Source: Patescibacteria group bacterium
Lineage (GTDB): Bacteria > Patescibacteriota > Minisyncoccia > Portnoybacterales > UBA2143
NCBI GenBank assembly: GCA_042571625.1
Contig: JBHPFQ010000006.1
Location: forward strand, 4,458 to 28,457
DNA length: 24,000 bases
Direction: 5' to 3'
The notes under the pieces were generated by a model. It saw only the letters and a program-made list of their open reading frames with translations. It was not told the DNA's origin and made no database searches. This document shows positions 7,720-14,056 of this stretch, piece after piece. Numbering within the stretch: position 1 is the stretch's first letter; the number at the start of each line of letters is the position of its first letter. The translations under genes were made by a program, and so were the position numbers.

Positions 7720-7748
7720 ATATTATTTTATTTCCTTTATCTTGTCAA
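7720..7748 (-). promoter_or_regulatory. Candidate promoter for rplJL, overlapping the mltG stop codon
   Basis: The minus strand reads TTGACA (7748..7743), a 17-nt spacer, then TAATAT (7725..7720). Confidence 0.45.
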
Positions 7749-8720
7749 GTATTTCGCTTTATTAGCATTATGTTCTTCAAAAGTTTTACTAAATACAGTT
7801 TCTCCTGTGTCTGGCTTTGATAAAAAGAAATTATATTCTGTTTCTATAGGATATATTGCTGCCTTAATTGAATCAAGCCCTGGATTACAAATTGGTCTCG
7901 GCGGTAAACCAATATTCTGATAAGTATTATATGGAGAATCAATTTTAGTATCATCAATAGAATATCGCCACTTATCTACGCCCAAAGCATAAGCTATTGT
8001 AGCGCATGACTGTAAAGGATAATTTGTATCAATCCTCTTCCAAAATATCCCCGAAGCAACCTGTTTATCATAATAGGTTCTTACCTCTTTTTCCAAAATG
8101 CTTGCCATAGTTATTATTTCATCAATATCTTTATCTTGGCTATCAATATCAAGAATTAATTTCTCATTTACTTTTGCTTCAAAATTATTTCTCATCTTAT
8201 CAATAATATCATTAAGATTTTCATCTTCGCTAAATTTATAAGTATCAGGAAATAAATATCCTTCTAAATTTTGCGATTGAATAAGCAAATCTCCTTGATT
8301 TATTAATCCGGATTTTGCTAAACGCGCATCAATTTGCCTCAAATTAAATCCTTCTGGAATGGTAATTTGAATCTCGTTAATAAAAGCATCTCCTTTAAAT
8401 ATTTTTTTTGCTATTTGAATAATATTTAAAGACGGACTTAAAATATACTCTCCTGCCTGTAATTTTGCTCCCCATCCTTTATAATATACATATCCTATAA
8501 AAAGCTTGTTATTTCTTATTAAACCGGCTTCTTCTAAATCAATAGCAATACTTTTTAAGCTACTATCTTTTTCTACAATAAATTTTGCCTCAGAAACGTT
8601 ATCCGTTAAAGGAGTAGCAATCTGATACCAAATAAAATAAAAAATAATCCCACTGATAAGTGAAATCAAAAATAGGATTAAGATAGAAACAAAAAAATAT
8701 TTTAAAAATTTTATTGACAT
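7737..8720 (-). CDS. mltG: Endolytic murein transglycosylase MltG (YceG family)
   Basis: 327 aa with an N-terminal TM helix and a LysM-like region. It carries the YceG signature MASILEKEVR with the catalytic Glu context, plus PICNPG near the C-terminus. Confidence 0.85.
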   Translation of the reverse strand: MSIKFLKYFFVSILILFLISLISGIIFYFIWYQIATPLTDNVSEAKFIVEKDSSLKSIAIDLEEAGLIRNNKLFIGYVYYKGWGAKLQAGEYILSPSLNIIQIAKKIFKGDAFINEIQITIPEGFNLRQIDARLAKSGLINQGDLLIQSQNLEGYLFPDTYKFSEDENLNDIIDKMRNNFEAKVNEKLILDIDSQDKDIDEIITMASILEKEVRTYYDKQVASGIFWKRIDTNYPLQSCATIAYALGVDKWRYSIDDTKIDSPYNTYQNIGLPPRPICNPGLDSIKAAIYPIETEYNFFLSKPDTGETVFSKTFEEHNANKAKYLTR

Positions 8721-8729
8721 ATTAATATG

Positions 8730-9446
8730 TTATTTTCCATACCTTCGCTCTCTTCTCTGAAAATTATTAATAACTTTTAAAAACTCTTTTTTCTTAAAAT
8801 CAGGAAACAATTCCTTGGCAAAATGTAATTGACTTTCAGCGCAATTCCACATCATAAAACCTTTGCTATTATGTGGATCTTTATCGCTACCTGTTCTAAT
8901 TAATAAATCTACAGCCGGCAAACCAGCTGTCCAAAGATTATTCTCAATCAAATTAGCTGTTACTTCTATTTTCTTATTTTTAGCGCTATTTAAAATATTT
9001 CTCACTGCGTCAATCATTTCATCAGTACCATTATAAGCAACAAAAAAATTTAGATATCTTTCATTATAATCTTTAGTAAGTTCAATAATATTTTCAAACG
9101 TCTTAATAACATTTTTAGGCAAGATTTCTCTCCATCGACCTATAATATTCACTTTTATTTTATGATCATGAAGCTCTTTTCTTTTTGATAATAATTTAAT
9201 ATATTTATCGTAAATTTTAATTAAAAATTTGACCTCTAAGTTAGTACGTTCTGTTAAATTTTCCCACGAACCACCCCACATAGACATGCACTTTATTCCT
9301 TTATTTAAAGCGACTTGAAGCAATTCATTTCCAGTTTCCGCGCCTTTTAAATGTCCACGCCACGGCTTCAATCTTTTTTTCTTAGCCCAGCGACGATTAC
9401 CATCTGGTATAATTGCTATATGTTGTGGAAGATTTTCTTGATTCAT
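8730..9446 (-). CDS. uppS: Cis-prenyltransferase (undecaprenyl-diphosphate synthase family)
   Basis: Contains HIAIIPDGNRRWAKK and a C-terminal RRERRYGK. The central RTG...W motif is divergent (IRTGSDKDPHNSKGFMMWNCAES). Confidence 0.85.
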   Translation of the reverse strand: MNQENLPQHIAIIPDGNRRWAKKKRLKPWRGHLKGAETGNELLQVALNKGIKCMSMWGGSWENLTERTNLEVKFLIKIYDKYIKLLSKRKELHDHKIKVNIIGRWREILPKNVIKTFENIIELTKDYNERYLNFFVAYNGTDEMIDAVRNILNSAKNKKIEVTANLIENNLWTAGLPAVDLLIRTGSDKDPHNSKGFMMWNCAESQLHFAKELFPDFKKKEFLKVINNFQRRERRYGK

Positions 9447-9490
9447 AATAATAAAAAATGCCTCTTTCTGGCTAATTATTCATAAAAATA

Positions 9491-9519
9491 TATTATCATA
9501 CACAGTTATATAATTGCAA
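9491..9519 (-). promoter_or_regulatory. Candidate promoter for uppS-mltG
   Basis: The minus strand reads TTGCAA (9519..9514), 16 nt, then GATAAT (9497..9492). It lies just downstream of the tRNA-Trp terminator. Confidence 0.35.
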
Positions 9520-9526
9520 GATGTGA

Positions 9527-9556
9527 ATAAAAAATAAAGACATTCACAATGCCTTT
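9527..9556 (-). terminator. Terminator-like hairpin after tRNA-Trp
   Basis: The minus strand reads AAAGGCATT-gtg-AATGTCTTT (9 bp, one G-U pair) followed by ATTTTTT. The stem is AT-rich and only moderately strong. Confidence 0.45.
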
Positions 9557-9574
9557 ATTTTTTCTGTTTTGCTG

Positions 9575-9645
9575 CAGGCGCGGAGGGAATTGAACCCCCG
9601 ACCGAGGTTTTGGAGACCTCCATTATACCACTTAACTACGCGCCC
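9575..9645 (-). tRNA. tRNA-Trp (anticodon CCA)
   Basis: 71 nt: GGGCGCG TA GTTA AGTGGTA TAAT G GAGGT CTCCAAA ACCTC GGTC GGGGG TTCAATT CCCTC CGCGCCT G. No CCA is encoded. Confidence 0.9.
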
Positions 9646-9649
9646 ATCT

Positions 9650-9808
9650 TTACTTCTTCATCTCCTTATGCGGAGTATGTTTTTTACAATTCTTGCAAAA
9701 CTTTTTCAATTCTAATTTATCAGGAACTTTCTTTTTATTCCTTGTTGTATAATAATTAATTTTTTTGCAATCGTTGCATTGTAATTTTACTAAATGATCT
9801 TGTGACAT
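9650..9808 (-). CDS. rpmG: 50S ribosomal protein L33 (zinc-ribbon form, CxxC...CxxC)
   Basis: Below the ORF-track length cutoff, so I translated it by hand: [52 protein letters not shown], then TAA. It matches the L33 pattern (KL.C..C...NY.T.KNKK..P.KLEL.KFC..C.KHT.HKE.K). AAGGA lies 12 nt upstream. Confidence 0.9.
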   Translation of the reverse strand: MSQDHLVKLQCNDCKKINYYTTRNKKKVPDKLELKKFCKNCKKHTPHKEMKK

Positions 9809-9839
9809 ATATTTTTAATCCTTTTATTATTCCTTTCTG

Positions 9840-9912
9840 AGCTGAGGGCGGGAATCGAACCCACGACCTTTTGCTTACCATGCAAGTGCTCTACCGACTG
9901 AGCTACCTCAGC
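9840..9912 (-). tRNA. tRNA-Thr (anticodon GGT)
   Basis: 73 nt: GCTGAGG TA GCTC AGTCGGTA GAGC A CTTGC ATGGTAA GCAAA AGGTC GTGGG TTCGATT CCCGC CCTCAGC T. No CCA is encoded. Confidence 0.9.
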
Positions 9913-9979
9913 GCAGTGCCCCGTTATTCAACGGGACGCTGTTTTTTATACCCAAAATAAATTTTGGATAAAAAACGCG

Positions 9980-10063
9980 TGGGCAGGGAGGGATTTGAAC
10001 CCCCGTAGGCATAAAGCCGCCAGATTTACAGTCTGGTGCGTTTGACCACTCCGCCACCTACCC
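9980..10063 (-). tRNA. tRNA-Tyr (anticodon GTA), long variable arm
   Basis: 84 nt: GGGTAGG ... CCAGA CTGTAAA TCTGG CGGCTTTATGCCTAC GGGGG TTCAAAT CCCTC CCTGCCC A. Confidence 0.9.
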
Positions 10064-10071
10064 GTTTCTAG

Positions 10072-10143
10072 AGCCAACGGAGGGATTCGGACCCCCGACC
10101 AACGGTTTACAAAACCGTCGCTCTACCCCTGAGCTACGTTGGC
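10072..10143 (-). tRNA. tRNA-Thr (anticodon TGT), with atypical T-loop TCCGAAT
   Basis: 72 nt: GCCAACG TA GCTC AGGGGTA GAGC G ACGGT TTTGTAA ACCGT TGGTC GGGGG TCCGAAT CCCTC CGTTGGC T. It starts 5 nt after the stop of the upstream CDS. Confidence 0.85.
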
Positions 10144-10147
10144 ACTT

Positions 10148-10876
10148 TTAAATAGCATTTTTATCTTCCTTATTCTTTTCCTTAATCTCTTTAATAATTT
10201 CCTTAACTTTTTTATCGCGCGAACCTAATTTAATAGCCATTTCTAAAGAAGCTTTAGCATCAACATAATTATGCTGTCTCCAATATAATAAACCAAGAAA
10301 TTTATAAGCAGTAATATTTTTAGGATTTTCAACAATTAAATCAATCCATCTTTGTTCTTCTCTGGTTGGTTTTTCTAAATCACTAAAAGAAATTTCATTT
10401 TTTGATTCTTCATCTTTCTTTTTTCCGCCCATGCTTACTATCTTTATATCATCCATATCGTCTATATCATCTGAAATTTCTAAATTATTTTCTTTTTTAT
10501 CCTTATCGCTATTTAAAAAAATACTATTCTTTTTTTCTAATCTTTTCTTCTCTCTACATCTAATCCACTCTCTAGATCTATGCGACATCATTTTAGACAA
10601 TCCGCTTAACTTACAAATCCATTTTCCAAGAACATTTTCCATTTTAATGAAAACAATTTTCATTTTTCGCAGAAATTTTTCTAATTTAACTATAAAACTA
10701 AAAAAATACTGCCTAAAATTAATATCCAGACATTTTTGAATAATCCCTTTCTTATTATACAATATGGATATTTCTTTGTCGGATAATTTAAAAACAACAG
10801 GAATCTTGCGAATAATAATTATCCCAAGACCAATAAAACTAAAAGCAATAAGAATATAAAGAATAACAATAAACAT
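10148..10876 (-). CDS. Hypothetical membrane-anchored protein with an acidic linker and a C-terminal TPR-like repeat
   Basis: 242 aa with an N-terminal TM helix, an Asp-rich stretch (SDDIDDMDDIK) and a C-terminal TPR-like segment (AYKFLGLLYWRQHNYVDAKASLEMAIKLG). Confidence 0.45.
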   Translation of the reverse strand: MFIVILYILIAFSFIGLGIIIIRKIPVVFKLSDKEISILYNKKGIIQKCLDINFRQYFFSFIVKLEKFLRKMKIVFIKMENVLGKWICKLSGLSKMMSHRSREWIRCREKKRLEKKNSIFLNSDKDKKENNLEISDDIDDMDDIKIVSMGGKKKDEESKNEISFSDLEKPTREEQRWIDLIVENPKNITAYKFLGLLYWRQHNYVDAKASLEMAIKLGSRDKKVKEIIKEIKEKNKEDKNAI

Positions 10877-10886
10877 AATTATTCAA

Positions 10887-11336
10887 TTAAATCTCGTATC
10901 TAGCAAACTTTTCTATCTTAATATTCTCCCCAATCTTAGCAACAACGTCAGTAAGCAAATCTTTAATAGTCTTTCCAGAGTCCTTGATAAACGTCTGAGA
11001 CAAAAGCTCATCCATATTTTCAGGATCCATTGCCGCAATATGCATAGATAAATCATGGGCTAGACCTTTAAATTCTTCATTTCTAGCCACAAAATCAGTT
11101 TCACAATGTAAGCTTAATAACACTCCAACCTTACCATTATTATGAATATAAGACTCTATTAACCCTTGTTTAGTTTCTCTTTGAGACTTCTTAATAGCTC
11201 TTTCTTTTCCTAGTTCTTCTAATGCCTGAATAGCTTTTTCTTCATCTCCTCCTGCTTTTTCTAAAGCACTTTTACATTCCATCACTGAAATGCCTGTTTT
11301 CTGACGAAGATTTTTTATTTTCTCGGCTGATATCAT
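10887..11336 (-). CDS. tsf: Elongation factor Ts, unusually short form (149 aa)
   Basis: It has the UBA-like N-terminus (IKNLRQKTGISVMECKSALEKAGGDEEKAIQAL), the core motif CETDFVARNEEF and the canonical C-terminus AKIGENIKIEKFARYEI. It follows rpsB. Confidence 0.85.
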   Translation of the reverse strand: MISAEKIKNLRQKTGISVMECKSALEKAGGDEEKAIQALEELGKERAIKKSQRETKQGLIESYIHNNGKVGVLLSLHCETDFVARNEEFKGLAHDLSMHIAAMDPENMDELLSQTFIKDSGKTIKDLLTDVVAKIGENIKIEKFARYEI

Positions 11337-11343
11337 ATTTTTA

Positions 11344-12045
11344 TTAATTTAATATTTTTGACACCGATCCAAGAATCAATTCCAAAGATGAAATAGCATC
11401 GTCATTGGCCGGAATTGAATAATCAACAGAATTAGGATCTGCATTAGTATCACATAATCCAATGACAGGAATATTTTTCGCTCTTGCTTCTTTTACTGCT
11501 AAAGCGTCATTGTATATATCAATAACAAATAATGCTGACGGCAAACTAACCATCTCCTTAATTCCGCCAAAACGCTGTTCAAGCTTTTCTAATTCAACGC
11601 TAAAATCATGCTGTTCCTTTTTCGTATATTTATCAAGCTCTCCTGTCTTCTTTTTATTCTCCAAATCTCTGAAATATTTTAACCTATTAGAGATTGCCTG
11701 GAAATTAGTAAGAGTTCCTCCAATCCACCTTTCTGTAACATAATGCATATTAGACTCTTTAGCAGTTTTACAAATAATATCCTTAGCAGCTACCTTAGTT
11801 CCGACAAAAACAATCTTACCTTTATTCTCTTTTATTTCCTGTAAAAATTTTAATGCTTTTTTTAATCTTTGTTGCGTCTGCTCTAAATCAATAATGTGAA
11901 TATTATTTCTACTAGTAAAAATATACGACTTCATCTTGGAATTCCATTTTGACGTTTTATGGCCAAAATGAACACCAGCTTTTAGCATTTCTTCTAAGCT
12001 GGGAACTTCTATATTTTCTATATTTTTTTCTTTTTCTTTAACCAT
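11344..12045 (-). CDS. rpsB: 30S ribosomal protein S2
   Basis: Contains MLKAGVHFGHKTSKWNSKM, TERWIGGTLTNF and PVIGLCDTNADP. Confidence 0.95.
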   Translation of the reverse strand: MVKEKEKNIENIEVPSLEEMLKAGVHFGHKTSKWNSKMKSYIFTSRNNIHIIDLEQTQQRLKKALKFLQEIKENKGKIVFVGTKVAAKDIICKTAKESNMHYVTERWIGGTLTNFQAISNRLKYFRDLENKKKTGELDKYTKKEQHDFSVELEKLEQRFGGIKEMVSLPSALFVIDIYNDALAVKEARAKNIPVIGLCDTNADPNSVDYSIPANDDAISSLELILGSVSKILN

Positions 12046-12053
12046 TATTTTTC

Positions 12054-12081
12054 AGTATAACATATAATAAAATTAACGCAA
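12054..12081 (-). promoter_or_regulatory. Candidate extended -10 promoter for rpsB-tsf
   Basis: The minus strand reads TTGCGT (12081..12076), 16 nt, then TGtTATACT (-10 at 12059..12054). Only 8 nt separate the -10 from the rpsB ATG. Confidence 0.35.
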
Positions 12082-12084
12082 TAC

Positions 12085-12113
12085 TTGCATAATTCTCTTT
12101 ATTTTGCTATGAT
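12085..12113 (+). promoter_or_regulatory. Candidate promoter for rpmE-prfA-trpS
   Basis: TTGCAT (12085-12090), 17 nt, then TATGAT (12108-12113). Only 6 nt separate the -10 from the rpmE ATG at 12120. Confidence 0.35.
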
Positions 12114-12119
12114 AAATTT

Positions 12120-12350
12120 ATGAAAAAAAATACTCATCCAACCTACTACCCTAATGCTAAAGTTGTTTGCGGATGCGGAAATAGCTTTGAAATTGGGTCA
12201 ACTCAAGAAAGAATAGAAGTGGAAATTTGTTCTGCCTGCCATCCTTTTTATACAGGAAAAGAAAGGATTATTGAAACAGGACAAGTAGAAAGATTTAGAA
12301 AGAGATTAGCTAAAAGAAATTCTACTTTTAATTCAAAAAAGAAAAAGTAA
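12120..12350 (+). CDS. rpmE: 50S ribosomal protein L31 (Cys-containing, zinc-binding type)
   Basis: [28 protein letters not shown]...[11 protein letters not shown]. Confidence 0.9.
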   Translation: MKKNTHPTYYPNAKVVCGCGNSFEIGSTQERIEVEICSACHPFYTGKERIIETGQVERFRKRLAKRNSTFNSKKKK

Positions 12351-13076
12351 ATGGAAAAAAACAATATTATAATTGAGATCCGATCAGGCGCTGGAGGAGA
12401 TGAAGCGTCTCTTTTTGTAGCCGATTTATTTAGGATGTATTCACGCTTTGCTGAAAAACAAGGATGGAAAACAGGTTTAATTGAAAGCCATCCAACCGGT
12501 CAAGGAGGATATAGAGAAATTATCTTTGAAATCAAAGGTGAAAATGTGTATAATGAATTAAAATATGAAAGTGGCGTTCATCGCGTCCAAAGGATTCCAA
12601 CTACTGAAAAATCAGGCAGAGTCCATACTTCTACCGCATCTGTTGCTGTACTACCACAAGCAAGCGAAATAGAATTTAAAATTAATCCTTCAGATTTGAG
12701 AATTGATGTTTATAGGGCTTCTGGAAAAGGAGGACAACATGTAAACAAAACAGAATCAGCCGTCCGTATTACTCACATACCAACTAATACAGTTGTAACG
12801 TGCCAAACAGAAAGAAACCAATTACAAAATAAAGAAAGAGCAATGAAGGTTTTACGCAGTCGCCTATTAGCCAAAAAACAAGAGCAAGAATTATCTAAAA
12901 TTAGTGCTGAAAGAAAAGAACAAATCGGAACAGCAATGCGTGCGGAAAAAATAAGAACATATAATTATCCACAGAATAGAATCACAGATCATCGTATTAA
13001 CAAATCATGGCATAATCTTGAAAAAATAATTGAAGGAGATCTAAATATAATTATTAAAACTTTCAAAAAATCATGA
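12351..13076 (+). CDS. prfA: Peptide chain release factor 1 lacking N-terminal domain 1 (241 aa)
   Basis: [28 protein letters not shown] marks the start of domain 2. [25 protein letters not shown] carries the RF1 PxT-type motif. [22 protein letters not shown] carries GGQ. The ATG directly abuts the rpmE TAA, and the TGA stop overlaps the trpS ATG. Confidence 0.85.
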   Translation: [241 protein letters not shown]

Positions 13077-14056
13077 AAAAAAGAATATTCAGTGGCATCC
13101 AGCCAACTGGTTCCCTTCATATAGGAAACTATTTGGGAGCTATTAAAAACTGGACTGAACTTCAAAATAAATATGATTCAATTTTCTGCATTGTTGATTT
13201 ACACGCTTTAACTGTATATCAAAATCCAAAGATTCTTCGGAAAAACATATTAGAAACTGCTGCTGTATTTTTAGCTGCTGGGATTGATCCTAAAAAAAGC
13301 GTTATTTTTATTCAATCACATATTAAGGAGCATGCTGAATTATCATGGATTTTAAATACAGTTGTAAGAATTTCGGAATTAGAACGAATGACACAATTCA
13401 AAGAAAAATCCCAACAGCATAAAGAGAATATCAACGTGGGATTATTTAATTATCCAGTTTTAATGGCAGCTGATATTTTGCTTTACAATACTAGCATAGT
13501 ACCTGTTGGCGAGGACCAAACACAGCATGTTGAATTAGCTAGGACTTTAGCTCAACGCTTTAATAAAACTTATGGCAAAACATTTGTTATTCCAGAATCA
13601 TTAATTAAGAAAGAACAATCTAGAATAAAAGGATTAGACAATCCAGCCAAGAAAATGGCTAAAAGCTCTGAAAATTTAAATAATTATATTGCCTTATATG
13701 ACTCCCCTGAATTAATTCACGATAAAATTAAAAGAGCAGTTACTGATTCTGGAAGCGAAATTAAATATAGTCAAGATAAGCCAGCCATTTCTAATTTAAT
13801 GACAATTTATCGTGGATTCTCTAATATGCCTTTTGAACAAATTGAAGAAAAATATAAAAATAAAAATTATTCTGATTTTAAAAATGATTTAGCTAAAGTT
13901 ATTATAAACAACTTAAAACCATTTCAAGACAGATTGAAAACAATTAAAAGCAAGCCCGACTATATTGAAAAAATATTAAAAAAAGGCGCCAAAGACGCCG
14001 AAAAAATCGCTAAGAAGACAATGGTAAATGTCAAAAAGAAAATTGGATTAGTTTAG
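13073..14056 (+). CDS. trpS: Tryptophan--tRNA ligase
   Basis: Class I synthetase signatures: GIQPTGSLHIGNYLG (HIGH) and KMAKS (KMSKS). It also has the VPVGEDQTQHVEL motif typical of TrpRS. Confidence 0.95.
   Translation: MKKRIFSGIQPTGSLHIGNYLGAIKNWTELQNKYDSIFCIVDLHALTVYQNPKILRKNILETAAVFLAAGIDPKKSVIFIQSHIKEHAELSWILNTVVRISELERMTQFKEKSQQHKENINVGLFNYPVLMAADILLYNTSIVPVGEDQTQHVELARTLAQRFNKTYGKTFVIPESLIKKEQSRIKGLDNPAKKMAKSSENLNNYIALYDSPELIHDKIKRAVTDSGSEIKYSQDKPAISNLMTIYRGFSNMPFEQIEEKYKNKNYSDFKNDLAKVIINNLKPFQDRLKTIKSKPDYIEKILKKGAKDAEKIAKKTMVNVKKKIGLV

Noticed and set aside
9913-9979. Two hairpins in the tRNA-Tyr/tRNA-Thr spacer. One reads on the plus strand as GCCCCGTT-attc-AACGGGAC followed by TTTTTT, a terminator in the opposite orientation to the tRNA genes.
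   Set aside because: There is no plus-strand gene upstream to terminate. On the transcribed minus strand it lacks a U-tract, so it is most simply a processing or spacer stem, or a guard against antisense transcription. This is not testable from sequence.
5422-13076. Possible alternative genetic code (UGA recoded), as in some reduced-genome candidate phyla.
   Set aside because: TGA terminates well-conserved ORFs at their expected ends: the YdjM-like gene at 5422-5424 and prfA at 13074-13076. No conserved gene in the window needs read-through of an in-frame TGA.
14048-14056. trpS and the phosphohexomutase gene converge and overlap by 9 nt, with no terminator between them.
   Set aside because: This is consistent with the general compaction of the locus. 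I see no hairpin or other signal, and I cannot infer regulation from the overlap alone.
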